64,000 nucleotides of DNA, taken from assembly GCA_963708105.1 (NCBI GenBank), contig OY970186.1, forward strand, positions 751,790 to 815,789, read 5' to 3'. Numbering within the stretch: position 1 is the first letter of the stretch; the number at the start of each line of letters is the position of its first letter. Source of the stretch: an uncultured Actinomycetes bacterium (lineage in GTDB: Bacteria > Actinomycetota > Acidimicrobiia > IMCC26256 > PALSA-610). Of this stretch, positions 43,601 through 56,535 are shown in pieces. Made by a program: the position numbers and the translations under genes. The notes beneath the pieces are model-generated. The model searched no databases, was not told the origin of the DNA, and was given only the letters and a program-made list of their open reading frames with translations.

Positions 43601-44764
43601 TTACGAGAATCTGCGCATATGGATGTTCAAGACCAGACCGATGGCGACGAACGACGCGATGACGGCGGAGCCGCCGTACGACATGAACGGCAATGGGATG
43701 CCGGTGATGGGCATGATCCCCATCGTCATCCCGACGTTCTCGAAGATCTGGATCGCGAACATCGCCAGCACACCGATGGCCACGAGGGTGCCGAAGAAGT
43801 CGGACGACAACAGGGCTATTCGCCAGAGGCGCCAGGCCAGGAGTGCATACAGCAACAACAGGACCGCCCCGCCCACGAAGCCGAGGTCTTCACCGACCGC
43901 AGTGAAGATGAAGTCGGTGTGCTGCTCGGGCACGAAGCCGTTCTTGGTGCGCAGGCCTTTCCCGAAGCCCGCGCCCTCGAGCCCACCCGAGGCGATGGCC
44001 GCCTTCGAGACGCTGAGGTTCAGCTGGGTCGGGCTCAACTGCGCGGCCGACTTGTTTCCGGTCGACTGGTCGGCGAAGTTCGTCAGCCGGTCGAGTTGAT
44101 ACGCCTGCACCTTGCCCGTCACCACGGCTGCGCCGACGAGTGACCCCCCGAGTAAGAGCAGTACGACGATGTGCACCGGCTTGAGGCCGGCGATGACCAG
44201 CACCGCGGCGGCACACACCATGATCACGAGCATCGTGCCGAGGTCGTGCTGGGCGTAGACGAGCGCCATGACGAATCCGGCCAATCCGATCGCCACCGCT
44301 ACGCGCCACGCGTCGAGATCGCCGCGGTGTTGATGGCAGTAGCCCGCGATCGCCACGATGATCACGACCTTGGCGAGCTCCGACGGCTGGAACTGGAACG
44401 GCCCGACCTGGAACCACGCTTGCGCGCCGCCGTGGTTGCGGCCGAGCACCACCACGCCCGCGAGCAACGGCAGAACACCGAGATAGAAGACCGGCCACGC
44501 GTCGCGGATGCGGCGGTAGTCGATCGACATCACGACTCCCATCGCGATCAGCCCGAGCACGACGGCGACACCTTGGCGCTCGACGTAGTACAGCCGCGAG
44601 AGTCCGGCGCGCGCGGTCTCGAAACGAGACGCGTCGTAGATCATGAGCAGACCGAGCACGCTGATCGCGATCGGCAACGTGAGCAGTGCGAGATCGAGAT
44701 GCGCGAAGAGCCCGGTGACGGATTCGCCGCGGCGGCGCGTGGTGGAGGCGGCGATGGTAGCCAT
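43601..44764 (-). CDS. rodA: Rod shape-determining protein RodA (SEDS)
   Basis: QPSELAK, PEQHTDFIF..GE, PITGIPLPFMSYGGS. Confidence 0.93.
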   Translation of the reverse strand: MATIAASTTRRRGESVTGLFAHLDLALLTLPIAISVLGLLMIYDASRFETARAGLSRLYYVERQGVAVVLGLIAMGVVMSIDYRRIRDAWPVFYLGVLPLLAGVVVLGRNHGGAQAWFQVGPFQFQPSELAKVVIIVAIAGYCHQHRGDLDAWRVAVAIGLAGFVMALVYAQHDLGTMLVIMVCAAAVLVIAGLKPVHIVVLLLLGGSLVGAAVVTGKVQAYQLDRLTNFADQSTGNKSAAQLSPTQLNLSVSKAAIASGGLEGAGFGKGLRTKNGFVPEQHTDFIFTAVGEDLGFVGGAVLLLLYALLAWRLWRIALLSSDFFGTLVAIGVLAMFAIQIFENVGMTMGIMPITGIPLPFMSYGGSAVIASFVAIGLVLNIHMRRFS

Positions 44765-46743
44765 CAGTCTTTCCCCGGCGCGGCGGTGCCGATCGGCGTG
44801 ACGGGAAGGCCGTTCATCGCCTCGATGACTTGACGCACGATCGGCGCCGCGGTCTCTGCGCCGTGCCCACCCTGTTCCACGACCGCGACGGTCGCGTACT
44901 CCTGGCCGTCGGCCGGGAAGTAGGAAGCGAACAACGACGTGGGCGCGGTCCCCGTGATCTGCGCGGTACCCGTCTTGCCGGAGACGATCCCGCCGCCGGG
45001 CAGCGCCAGACCCTGGAACGCCGCGTATGCGGTACCGAGCGGGTTCGACACGACGCCCGCGAACCCGGCCGCCATCTGTCCGTACACGAAGCTGGGGATC
45101 GTGATCGTGCCCTGCGCGTGCGCACCCATGATCTGCACGACCTGCTTCGTGTTCGGGTTCGTCACGAGCTGGCCGACGTGCGGGGTCCACACCGTTCCGG
45201 TGTTTCCGGTCGGGCCCGGGTTCGATCCCGCGTTGGCGAAGGTCGCGTACGCGTTCGCGAGTTGCAGCGGCGTGACGAAGTCGGCGCCCTGGCCGACGGC
45301 GGCGAGGATGTTGTCGCCCGGCGTCCACTTGCCGTTCTCGATCTTGGCCGCCTTGGTCTTGTTGATGGCGTTCGAGAACTCCTGCTTCCACGTGGGGTTC
45401 GGGATCGTCCCCGACGCCTCGTTGAGCTCGATACCGGTGGGCTTCCCGAACCCGAGTTGGCCCGCCACGGTTTGTATCCCGAGGCCTGTGGTCGTGTTGC
45501 CGAGGTGCCAGTAATTCCAGAACCTGTCGCCCGCGTTGTAGAAGTACACGTCGCTCGACACCGTGAGCGCCTTCGAGAGATTGACCTCGCCGTTGGCCTC
45601 GAGGTTGTCGTTCTGGAAGAACGTGTTCTCGAACGTGGCGTGCCCCTGGTCGTCGTAGAACGACGACGCGGGGAACACGTTGTACTGGTTGAGCGCGATC
45701 GACGGGACGAGCTTGAACGTGGAGCCCGGCGCGTACTGGCCTTCGGTGACCCGGTTCAGCAACGGGTTGTGCGCCCCCGGCGCACTCAACAGCGCGAAGT
45801 GATCGGTGGAGATACCGCCCTTCCACCACGACAACGGATACGTCGGGTTGCTCGCCATGGCCACGACCGAACCGTCGTGCACGTTCAACACCACCACCGC
45901 GCCGCCAGTGGGGTGCAGTGTTGTGTAGGTCGGGAGTAAGCGCGGGTCCTTGTCGTGCGTCGCGTTGTCGATGCCTTGCTTCAGTGCGTTCTCGGCCGCG
46001 GCTTGCACGTTGATGTCGATGGTGAGCTTGACGGTGTCGCCGACCCGTCCCGGATCGACACTGATCGGCGGGCCGACCTGCTTACCCGTCGGGTCGACCT
46101 GCACCGTCTCGGTGGTCGGCTTGCCGCGCAGCACGGATTCGTACGCGGCCTCCACCCCGTCGCGGCCGATCAGGTCGGCGGGTTGGTAGCCCTTGGCCTC
46201 GAGCTGCTTCACCTGCTTGGGCGGCAGCGAGTCGACCTCGCCGAGATACCCGAGCAGTTGCGTCGCGAGCTCGCCGTACGGGTATTCACGAACCGTCAGC
46301 TCCGTGACGTTGACCCCCGGGTAGTCCTCGCTGTGCTCGCGGATCGCGAGCTGCTGTGCGAGCGGGACCTCGAGATCGACGACCGCCGGTTCGAGCGGCG
46401 ACTGGCGCACGCTGTCGTAGTTGGAGCGCAGTGTCTTCTCCGGGACCTGCAGAATCTCCGCGAGCTGGCCGAGCACCTGATCGACCGTCTTCGACGGCAT
46501 GTTGCGATCGACGGTCACCGCCCACGCCGCGACATCCTGGGCGAGGATCTTGCCGTTCCGATCGAGGATCTCGCCGCGGGGCGACTCGGTCTGGATCGTG
46601 CGCGTCGCGAGCGTGCTCACCGCGGCACCCAGCTTCTGGTCAGGGCCCATCTCGAGGAACCACAGGCGCGCGAAAAGCGACGCGAACAAGGCGACGATTA
46701 CGACGCCAACGATGCTCACTCGGACGCGGCTGTTATCGCTCAT
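44764..46743 (-). CDS. mrdA: Penicillin-binding protein 2
   Basis: PRGEILDRNG, PGSTFK (SxxK), SSDVYFY, GKTGTAQ. Confidence 0.93.
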   Translation of the reverse strand: MSDNSRVRVSIVGVVIVALFASLFARLWFLEMGPDQKLGAAVSTLATRTIQTESPRGEILDRNGKILAQDVAAWAVTVDRNMPSKTVDQVLGQLAEILQVPEKTLRSNYDSVRQSPLEPAVVDLEVPLAQQLAIREHSEDYPGVNVTELTVREYPYGELATQLLGYLGEVDSLPPKQVKQLEAKGYQPADLIGRDGVEAAYESVLRGKPTTETVQVDPTGKQVGPPISVDPGRVGDTVKLTIDINVQAAAENALKQGIDNATHDKDPRLLPTYTTLHPTGGAVVVLNVHDGSVVAMASNPTYPLSWWKGGISTDHFALLSAPGAHNPLLNRVTEGQYAPGSTFKLVPSIALNQYNVFPASSFYDDQGHATFENTFFQNDNLEANGEVNLSKALTVSSDVYFYNAGDRFWNYWHLGNTTTGLGIQTVAGQLGFGKPTGIELNEASGTIPNPTWKQEFSNAINKTKAAKIENGKWTPGDNILAAVGQGADFVTPLQLANAYATFANAGSNPGPTGNTGTVWTPHVGQLVTNPNTKQVVQIMGAHAQGTITIPSFVYGQMAAGFAGVVSNPLGTAYAAFQGLALPGGGIVSGKTGTAQITGTAPTSLFASYFPADGQEYATVAVVEQGGHGAETAAPIVRQVIEAMNGLPVTPIGTAAPGKD

Positions 46744-46813
46744 GCAGTCGGATGGCTCATCGAGACGGCAGTAACGCTAGTGGGGGCACTGCCCGAATTC
46801 CCGGTCGGCCCCT

Positions 46814-47326
46814 TCACCGCATCGACCAGGCGTCGCGCACGCGGTCGCCGGTCCCGAGCACGCGCCTGACCAGCAGGAACACGAACGGGGCGAGGATCGC
46901 GTCGTAGACGGCGGCCCACGAGATGGTCACGACGCCGTGCACACCCTTGACGGAGTCGACGCCGACGAGCACGCCCACTCCGATGAATATGAGGCCCCCG
47001 GCCAGGCCCCCGACCGCACCCAGGAACGACGGCAGCCAACGCGGCGACCGGAACAGCCCGGCCTCGAGCACTCCGATGCCGTAGCCGACGATCGCGTACG
47101 TCAGCGCGTTGAGGCCGAGGGGGGTCGCGAGAAAGAGATCGAAACCGAAGCCGGCCGCGAAACCGACGACGGCGCCCGCTTCCGGCCCGTCGTAGTAACC
47201 GACGGCCAGCGCGAGGAGCAGACCGAGATCGGGAACCACACCGAACAACCGCATGTGCGGGAAAACCGAAACCTGGATCACGACGATGACGAAGACGAGC
47301 GCGGCCAACCGAGCGACGCGCGTCAT
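46814..47326 (-). CDS. mreD: Rod shape-determining protein MreD
   Basis: PDL, GF.AG..FDL, PLGLNAL; position after mreC. Confidence 0.9.
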   Translation of the reverse strand: MTRVARLAALVFVIVVIQVSVFPHMRLFGVVPDLGLLLALAVGYYDGPEAGAVVGFAAGFGFDLFLATPLGLNALTYAIVGYGIGVLEAGLFRSPRWLPSFLGAVGGLAGGLIFIGVGVLVGVDSVKGVHGVVTISWAAVYDAILAPFVFLLVRRVLGTGDRVRDAWSMR

Positions 47327-48277
47327 GGGTGCGTGGTCGTCGAGGTAGTGCTGCTCGATGTCGACGTCGAGCCGGGCAGGGTCGTGGTTGTCGTCGCGGT
47401 TGTCGTCGTGGTGGGCAACACCGGACCGGGCGTACCGGGCGTCCACAACAGAACGGTGACGTGTTGCAACTCGCTGATGTTGACGTACGGCTTGATCGTC
47501 GCGTTCACGCCGGTGTTACCCGGTTGGATCGTCACGCTCGTGATCGTTCCAACGGGTAAGCCCGCGGGGAACAACGTCGACTGCGCGGACGTGACGATCG
47601 GATCGCCGATGCGCACCTTCGTGCCCGCCGCGAACTCGACGGTGAGGTCGTGCGTACCGGCCGAGCCCGATGCGATGCCGGTCGTCGCGGGCGAACCGGG
47701 ATGACCCGGCGTCTGCACACCGACCGCGAAGTCGGGATCGCTGAACACCTGAACGTTCGCGCCGCCGTTCCACACCTCGGTCACCTGACCGACGATGCCT
47801 TCCGGCGCGATCACCGGCATCGTCGATCGCGATCCCCGACTCCGAACCCTTGTCGATGGTGAGCACCGGATCGAAGTTGCCCGAACCCGACGTAGTGCCG
47901 ACGATCGACGCCGACACGTGGTCGACGAGCAACAAGTTCGACAACTTCAACAGCCGCTTCAGGTCGGCGTTCTCGCGAATGGCCTCCGCGGCCGCGGCCT
48001 GTTGACCCTTCAACTCGGCGACCTGCTGCTCGAGCGCGCGGTTCTTCTTCTTCAGGCTGCCCGAGTTCGTGACGCTGTCCCACCAGTCGCCGACGGGCCG
48101 GGCCACGCTGTCGACCGCACCCTGTACGGGCGACACGATCCGGTGCGCGAGACCGCCCACGGAGCCGAGCGCGCCGGAGCGACCATTGCGACTGTCGAGG
48201 GTGATGAGCGTCAGGCACGTGAGCACGATCACGAGCAGGACGTAGCGTCGTCGGCTCGCGCGTCGAGCACCGGGCAT
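47323..48277 (-). CDS. mreC: Rod shape-determining protein MreC; apparent frameshift ~47822
   Basis: TM, coiled coil EN.DLK.LL, IDKGS..G, FPAGLPVG. Confidence 0.9.
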
Positions 48278-48295
48278 CTTCGAGAACCGGTCCGG

Positions 48296-49333
<1,038 letters not shown>

Positions 49334-49452
49334 CGAGGTCAGCTTCCGACGGCGGGACGACTCTCCCAGGCTAGGAGTCCGCCGGTTGGATTGCCACCCC
49401 CCGCGACCCGCGGGGTAACCGGCCCGACTCTGTTGCCAACCGTCGCGGGAAC

Positions 49453-49866
49453 TCACCCGGTGAGACCGGGAAAGAACAGCGCGATCTCGCGCGCAGCCGA
49501 CTCCGGACCGTCGCTTCCGTGCACGAGGTTCTCCGTCAGCTCGATGGCGAGATCGCCGCGGATCGTGCCCGGCGCGGCCTCACGCGGATTCGTCGTTCCC
49601 ATGAGCGTCCGCACGACCTTGTACGCATCGGGACCCTCGGCCACGATGGCGACGAGGGGCGACCGGGTGATGAACGCGACCAGGTCGCCGAAGAACGGCT
49701 TGCCGTCGTGCTCGGCGTAGTGCTGCTTGGCAGTGCCCTCGTCGAGCGTTCGTAACTCGAGGGCGACGATCTTCAGTTGCTTGCGCTCCAGGCGGCCGAT
49801 GATCTCGCCGACGAGGCCGCGCTCGACACAATCGGGCTTACAGAGAACGAGGGTGCGGTCAGCCAT
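49453..49866 (-). CDS. ndk: Nucleoside diphosphate kinase
   Basis: KPD, PGTIRGD, NLVHGSD. Confidence 0.97.
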   Translation of the reverse strand: MADRTLVLCKPDCVERGLVGEIIGRLERKQLKIVALELRTLDEGTAKQHYAEHDGKPFFGDLVAFITRSPLVAIVAEGPDAYKVVRTLMGTTNPREAAPGTIRGDLAIELTENLVHGSDGPESAAREIALFFPGLTG

Positions 49867-49934
49867 AAGAGGTGAAGCCTAGGACCGAGCCCCCCACCCT
49901 GGACAAACGGGGTCGCGAAACGGTTGTACCGAGG

Positions 49935-51252
49935 TCAGGGAACGAGCACGGAGCGGGCCGCGCCTACGACGTACAGCGAACCCGTTATCACGATCTGGCC
50001 GTCGGTGGGTGTCGCGAGCAGCGCCGCGCTCACCGCGTCCTCGACCCGGTCCTCGACCTCGATCCGATCCTCGCGGAGTCCGAGATCGATCGCCGCCTTG
50101 ACGATGAATGACGTCTCCATCGCGCGTGGCGTCGGTGGCCGGCAAACCACGAGCCGACCCTCGAGGTCGGCGACGCCGAGCGCGGCGAGCATCTCGCGCG
50201 GATCCTTCTCGCGCAGCAGACCGACGACGAGCGTGCGTACGCCTTCACTGAATTCCTCGTCGAGCGCGCGCGAGCAACGCTTCTGCACCCGCGACGTTGT
50301 GCGCGCCGTCGAGCAACACCAACGGCTGGCGGCGCACGACTTCGAGCCGACCGGGCGACTGCACCCGCGCGAACGCGTCGGCCACGACATCGAACGGCAG
50401 CGGCGCGGTGACGAAGCTCTCCGCGGCGGCCAACGCGATCGCGGCGTTGTCGGCCTGATGCGCGCCGTGCAACGGCAGGAACACGTCGGGATACTCCGCA
50501 CCCGGACTGCGGAGGTCGACGAGCCGACCGCCGATCGCCAACACGTTGCGCGACACACCGAAGTCGACGTCGCGCCGGAACACGCGGCCGTTCGCGCGCG
50601 CTTCGAAGATCGCCTGGATGGCCGGGTCGGTCTCCCCGAGGACGAGGGTAGAGTCGGCCTTGACGATTCCCGACTTCTCCTGTGCGATCTGTTCGCGCGT
50701 GGGGCCGAGATAGTCGACGTGATCGAGGCTCACGTTCGTGACGACCGCGACGCGGCCGTCGATGATGTTGGTTGCGTCCCAGGTGCCGCCCATCCCGACC
50801 TCGACGACCGCAACGTCGACGGCTTCGTCGGCGAACCACCGGAACGCGGCCGCAGTCACGACGTCGAAGTACGACGGGTCGACACCGACCGACTGCTCGA
50901 CGAGCGAGACCGCGTAGAGCATCTCGTCGAACGTGTCGTCGTCGATGGGTACGCCGTCGATCGACATGCGTTCGTTGACGTGCACGAGGTGCGGGCTCGT
51001 GTACGCGCCGACCTTCATGCCGAGCGCGCCGAGCAGCTCGGTCAACACGCGCACCGTCGTGGTCTTGCCGTTCGTACCGGTGATGTGGATGGCCGGGAAC
51101 TCGACCTCGGGCGAGCCCAGGTACTGCATCAGCGTGGAGATGCGCTCCAGCGTGGGCGGGCCCCGGCGGCTGCCCGCGGGCACGTTGAGGCTCTCGAGGT
51201 TGACGTGCGAGCTCAGCCAAGCCGGGCCGTCGAAACCGGCGGGATTGCTCAC
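49935..51252 (-). CDS. folC: Folylpolyglutamate synthase/dihydrofolate synthase; apparent frameshift ~50268
   Basis: HITGTNGK, YTSPHL, EVGMGGTWDATN, LDGAHN, TGSLYVVG. Confidence 0.94.
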
Positions 51253-53831
51253 GACTGCGGCTCCGCCAGATCGACACGGACCGAGAAGGCCGCGCCGACC
51301 TCGGTCTCGAGCGCGCCGATCTTGCCCGCGTCGCGCACGTCGTCGGCCGCGGCGAGCAGGGCGGCGATCCGTTCCGCGCTGTCGACGACGCACACGCGCG
51401 CCACCGGCGCCGCGAGCGACACCTTCTGGGTGGACTTCACCTTCCGGACCTCGGTGAGCACATCGGCCGCGACCTCGTAGACGAGCGGGTCGCCGCCCGC
51501 GCCGTCGCCGTCGGCACCACCGTCACTGCGGCTGCCGCGCAGCTCGGCGCCGCTCGGCCACGACGCGCGATGCACGGAACCCTCGCGCCACCACGACCAG
51601 ACCTCCTCGGTGACGTACGGCATGACCGGCGCGAACAGTCGCAGAAGACACGACAACGCGACCCGCAATGTGACCGCGGCCGAACGAACCTTGGCGTCGC
51701 CCGCGTCGCCGTACGCGCGGCTCTTGACCAGCTCGACGTAGTCGTCGCAGAACGACCAGAAGAATCGTTCGGAGCGTTCGAGCGAACGCGCGTAATCGAA
51801 AGAGTCGAACGCGACCGTTGCGTCGTCGACGAGATCGGCCAGCGCGGCGAGCAGTGAACGGTCGAGGGGGGTGACGACCTCGTTCACGTCCTCGGCCGCT
51901 TCGCCCGATACGCCGAGCACGAACTTCGACGCGTTCAACACTTTGATCGCGAGCTTGCGCCCGACCTTCATCACACCGAAGTCGACCGCGGTGTCGACAC
52001 CCGGCCGGCCGTTGCACGCCCAGTACCGCAGCGCGTCGGCGCCGTGTTCCTCGAGCAACGGCATCGGCGTGACGACGTTGCCTTTCGACTTCGACATCTT
52101 CTTGCGATCGGGGTCGAGAACCCAGCCGTTGATGCTCGTGTCGGCCCACGGAAGCGCGTCGTGTTCGAGCCGGGCGCGCACGATCGTGTCGAACAACCAG
52201 GTGCGGATGATCTCCGGGCCCTGCGGCCGCAGGTCCATCGGAAATGTGCGCTCGAAGAGGTCGGGGTCGTCGACCCAACCCGTCGCGATCTGGGGGGTCA
52301 ATGACGACGTGGCCCACGTGTCCATGACGTCCGGGTCGGCCGCGAATCCGCCGGGCTGGTCGCGCTGGTCGGCGGTGAACCCGGGCGGGCAGTCGGTCGA
52401 GGGGTCGACGGGCAGCGCGTCTTCGGTCGGCAGGAGCGGGTTCTCGAAGTCGGTGGGGTTGCCGTCGGCATCGACCCGGTACCAGACCGGGAACGGCACC
52501 CCGAAGTAACGCTGCCGGCTTACGAGCCAGTCGGCGTTCAGACCCTCGAGCCAGGTGTCGTAGCGGATCCGCATCGTCGGCGGGTGCCAACGCAGCTTCG
52601 TCCCGAGCGCGAGGAGCTCGGCCCGCAGGTCGAGATCGCGGCCGCCGTTGCGCAGGTACCACTGGCGCGAGGTGACGATCTCGAGCGGGCGTTCTCCCTT
52701 CTCGAAGAACTTCACCGGGTGCGTGATCGGCCGGGGTTCGCCCCGGAGCTCGCCCGACTCCTGCAGTTGCTCGACGACGATCTTCTGCGCCTGCTTGGCG
52801 TTACGCCCCGCGATCGCGGCGTACGCGGCCGCGCCGGCCGCGGGCAGCACGTCGGGCGGCTCCGCTTTGAACCGCCCGTCGACACCGAGGACCGCGCGCG
52901 TCGGCAGCTGCAGCTCCCGCCACCACACGACGTCGGTGGTGTCGCCGAACGTGCAGATCATCGCGATGCCGGTTCCCTTCTCGGGATCGGCGAGGTGGTG
53001 CGCGACGATCGGGACGCGCACGCCGTACAGCGGAGTGATCACCTCGGAGCCGAACAACGGCTGGAAGCGCGCGTCGTCGGGATGGGCCACCACGGCCACG
53101 CACGCGGCGAGCAGCTCGGGCCGCGTGGTGTCGATGACGACATCGCCGGAACCGTCAGCCTTGTGGAACAACAGCGCGTGATACGCGCCCGGCATCTCGC
53201 GATCTTCGAGCTCGGCCTGCGCGACCGCGGTCCGGAAGTCGACGTCCCAGAGGGTCGGCGCTTCCGCTTGATACGCCTCGCCCCGCGCCAGGTTGCGGAG
53301 GAACGCGCGCTGGCTCGTGCGCCGCGCCGCATGCCCGACGGTCGTGTAGGTGAGGCTCCAGTCGACCGACAGCCCGAGCCGGCGCCACAGCTCTTCGAAC
53401 GCGGCTTCGTCCTCGGCGACCAACCGCTCGCACAGCTCCAGGAAGTTCGGGCGCGAGACCGGCACGACGTCTTTGCCCGGCTTCTCCGGCGGCGTGAACT
53501 CGGGGTCGTACGGCAGGTGCGGTTCGCAGCGCACGCCGAAATAGTTCTGCACGCGCCGCTCGGTGGGCAGGCCGTTATCGTCCCAGCCCATTGGATAGAA
53601 CACGTGCCGGCCGCGCATGCGCTGGTAGCGCGCGATGGAGTCGGTCTGCACGTAGCCGAACGCCGATCCCATGTGCAGCGAGCCGCTGACCGTCGGCGGC
53701 GGCGTGTCGATCGAGAAGATCTCGGCCCGGTTATGGCGGCGATCGAAGCGGTACGTCCCGTCGTTCTCCCAGACCTCGGACCAGCGCGCTTCGAGGCCCT
53801 CCAACGACGGCTTCTCGGGGATCTGGGCCAT
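51249..53831 (-). CDS. valS: Valine--tRNA ligase
   Basis: DTPPPTVSGSLHMG, DVMDTWATSS, KMSKS. Confidence 0.97.
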   Translation of the reverse strand: MAQIPEKPSLEGLEARWSEVWENDGTYRFDRRHNRAEIFSIDTPPPTVSGSLHMGSAFGYVQTDSIARYQRMRGRHVFYPMGWDDNGLPTERRVQNYFGVRCEPHLPYDPEFTPPEKPGKDVVPVSRPNFLELCERLVAEDEAAFEELWRRLGLSVDWSLTYTTVGHAARRTSQRAFLRNLARGEAYQAEAPTLWDVDFRTAVAQAELEDREMPGAYHALLFHKADGSGDVVIDTTRPELLAACVAVVAHPDDARFQPLFGSEVITPLYGVRVPIVAHHLADPEKGTGIAMICTFGDTTDVVWWRELQLPTRAVLGVDGRFKAEPPDVLPAAGAAAYAAIAGRNAKQAQKIVVEQLQESGELRGEPRPITHPVKFFEKGERPLEIVTSRQWYLRNGGRDLDLRAELLALGTKLRWHPPTMRIRYDTWLEGLNADWLVSRQRYFGVPFPVWYRVDADGNPTDFENPLLPTEDALPVDPSTDCPPGFTADQRDQPGGFAADPDVMDTWATSSLTPQIATGWVDDPDLFERTFPMDLRPQGPEIIRTWLFDTIVRARLEHDALPWADTSINGWVLDPDRKKMSKSKGNVVTPMPLLEEHGADALRYWACNGRPGVDTAVDFGVMKVGRKLAIKVLNASKFVLGVSGEAAEDVNEVVTPLDRSLLAALADLVDDATVAFDSFDYARSLERSERFFWSFCDDYVELVKSRAYGDAGDAKVRSAAVTLRVALSCLLRLFAPVMPYVTEEVWSWWREGSVHRASWPSGAELRGSRSDGGADGDGAGGDPLVYEVAADVLTEVRKVKSTQKVSLAAPVARVCVVDSAERIAALLAAADDVRDAGKIGALETEVGAAFSVRVDLAEPQS

Positions 53832-53858
53832 GCGCCCGATTGTAGGAGGCACCTACCG

Positions 53859-55259
53859 TCACTCCGCCGGTTGAGCGACGGGTTCGGCGACTGGTTGGGT
53901 GAGGGGCGGGGCGACAGGTAGACCAATTCGTTGAGTGGTCTCACCCCCGTCGATCGATTCGGCGCCGCCCCGCACGCGCCGCCACGCGGCGTGCAACGCA
54001 ACCGCCGCGAGAACGACGAGCATCGGCTCCGCGGTTGTGCGAAAGCGTGTGCTCGCGTACGTGACGAGCACGGTGATGAGCACGACCCCGATCGGAACCA
54101 GCAGCGGCCACAGCGGAACCCGGCGCGCTCGCCGCACCACGAACGCCCCCGCGATCGACAACAGCGCGAGCACGTAGAAGCTGTACGTACCCCAACGCGA
54201 GACCCACGGGCTGCGGCCCTCGAGGAAACTGTCCTCCGCGATGTACTGCTGCGGGTGATACAGCCCGACGATGCGCAGGAGCCGGACCCCCTCGACCGAC
54301 GGCAACTTCGCGAGGTGCCCGCGGATATAAGCGAACGCGACGCCGCGCGCCGCAATGTCCTCGACCGACTCGTCGCCCGACGGGGTGACGCCCGCTTTTC
54401 GATCCGCCGCGAGGTAGCACTGCCGATCGAAGTATCCCTGAAGCGGCCCGTAGTAGTACGTCGAATCGCAGTTCGCCGACGCCATCAGCGTCCCGAACTG
54501 CGCGCTCAGGACGACCGGATGGCGAAAACGCGTCTGGTTGTAGGCGGCCCACGGCGTGATCACGATCGCGGCCGCCGCGAGTGCGGCGCCGAACGCCACC
54601 AGCCGATCGCGCATCGATTGGTCGCGCGTCGCGAGCGCGAGCGGGAGCACGAGCAGTGGGATGAAGAGAATGATCTCGGAGCGCGCCATCGCGCCGAGTG
54701 AGCACGCGAGGCCGACGAGCGCCAGCCGTCGCCAACTCGGACGGTCGCGGTACCAATACGCGAGCAGGATCGCGAGCGTGACGAAGAACATGCTGACGGT
54801 CTCCGCGAGCAATCCGACGTCGGGCGCCCACATGTTCGGGTACAGCGCGCCGATGAGTGCGGCGATGACGCCCACGACGTTGCCCCCGACCCGGCGCCCC
54901 AGCAACCCGAGCAGTACGACGGTTCCCGTGCCCAGCACCGACGACATCAACAAGTGCGCGGTCACACTGCGCAGGCCGAGCAGCGAGCCGAACGCGAGGT
55001 AGAGGAGATAGAGCGGCGGATGATCGGCGGCGGCCACGTGCGCGGAGACGTAGAAGGGCGAGATGAATCCCTTTCCGTCCGCGAGGAGGTTCGCGCCGGC
55101 GTGGTAGAAGTACGCGTCGCCGCCGGGATGGAAGTTGCGGCGCGCCGTGAGCACGTACTCGACGCGCAGCGCCAGGGCCAACAGCGCCACACTTGCGAGC
55201 GCCCACCCGAAGCGTCGGTCGGCGCGTGTGGAGTCGTCGGTTGTCGAGTCTTCGGTCAT
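53859..55259 (-). CDS. GT-C fold membrane glycosyltransferase (ArnT/PMT-like)
   Basis: GDAYFY, HPPLY, multiple TM, RFR. Confidence 0.78.
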   Translation of the reverse strand: MTEDSTTDDSTRADRRFGWALASVALLALALRVEYVLTARRNFHPGGDAYFYHAGANLLADGKGFISPFYVSAHVAAADHPPLYLLYLAFGSLLGLRSVTAHLLMSSVLGTGTVVLLGLLGRRVGGNVVGVIAALIGALYPNMWAPDVGLLAETVSMFFVTLAILLAYWYRDRPSWRRLALVGLACSLGAMARSEIILFIPLLVLPLALATRDQSMRDRLVAFGAALAAAAIVITPWAAYNQTRFRHPVVLSAQFGTLMASANCDSTYYYGPLQGYFDRQCYLAADRKAGVTPSGDESVEDIAARGVAFAYIRGHLAKLPSVEGVRLLRIVGLYHPQQYIAEDSFLEGRSPWVSRWGTYSFYVLALLSIAGAFVVRRARRVPLWPLLVPIGVVLITVLVTYASTRFRTTAEPMLVVLAAVALHAAWRRVRGGAESIDGGETTQRIGLPVAPPLTQPVAEPVAQPAE

Positions 55260-56463
55260 GGAGTCGTTGCCGCGCGCCGGCCCGGCGCGTTCGGGCGCTT
55301 CGGCCGGCGAGACCCGGGCGCGACCCGATGCGCGAGGCGGAGCACGGGTCGTTCGAGCGCGAACCAACTCACACTCGCGGCGACGATCACGATCGGCAGC
55401 GCGACTACGAAGCACGACGAACCAGTTTCCGTGGAAGAGCGGCCAGCCGAACCAGTCGGCGACGATACGCAGGATGTACCAGTGCCAAAGATAGATGCCG
55501 TAGCTGACGAGGCCGAGATACACCGCGGGCCGCGACCGTAAGACCTTGCGGATGAGCCCGTGATCCTGCGGTCCGAGCACCACCGGCACGACGATGCAGA
55601 TGCCCACGATCATCTGCGCAACATTCATCCCGACCGCCTGGACCGCGTTCGGCGCGGCGAGCGGATCGAGCCGTAGCCCGACCGGGATCGCGACGAGCGC
55701 GGCCAGCGCGCCCGTCCACCAGATCCACGCCGGGCGGCCGATGCGATCGAGACGGGCGGTGGTGCGTTCGTCGAAACGTTGCGAGCTGAGCACCGCGAGC
55801 AGCATGCCCAGCGCGAACGCGCCGAGGTGTTGGGGCAGGACGGTCACCCACGGCGCGTCGAGCCCGACGCGCGATCGCGGTGATGGCGATCATGCCGATC
55901 ACGAACAGCGCGGCCAAGCCGACGAGCTCGACCGCGAGCGGCCGCCACTTGCGCACCAGCACACCGATCAGCGCCGCGTAGAACGGAAGGAACAGGTAGA
56001 AGGAGATCTCGACGACCAGGCTCCATGCGGGGGGCAAGCCGTCGACGAACGGGTTGATGTGCACGTAGGTCTGGGTGAGCGACGCGTGCAACAGAAAACC
56101 GTGCAGGCCGTAGATGTTGATCCGGGGCACGATGAACGTGAAGAAGGCGAGCACCAACCAGTACGCGGGGTACACACGGGCGACGCGGCGGGTCGCGTAC
56201 CCACCCGGGTCGACGGGCGGCGCGCCCGCGAGGTGCGACGCCGCGAAGGGCAGATAGAGCAGGCAGCCCGACGTGACGAAGAAGATCCACACGCCCGCGT
56301 TGAGCGTGCCGAGGAATGCGCCGCCCCGGGTCAAGAACGCGGAGTTGAAGAAGACCGCGTGGTACACGACGACCATGAGCGCGGCGAGCGCGCGCACCCC
56401 GTCGAAGCACGGAAACCGGTTGTGTGGTCGTGCCGGCTGTACGACCGCGTCATCGAGGGCCAT
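55256..56463 (-). CDS. Acyltransferase family 3 (OafA-like); apparent frameshifts ~55870 and ~55400
   Basis: FDGVRALAA, FFVTSG, WSLVVEISFY, SYGIYLWH; ATGA overlap with GT gene. Confidence 0.85.
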
Positions 56464-56535
56464 CGATGCGACCTTGACACGAAGCGGCCGCTACAGCAAG
56501 CAACCCGTCATTACCCATCACCTAGTCTCGCCGCC

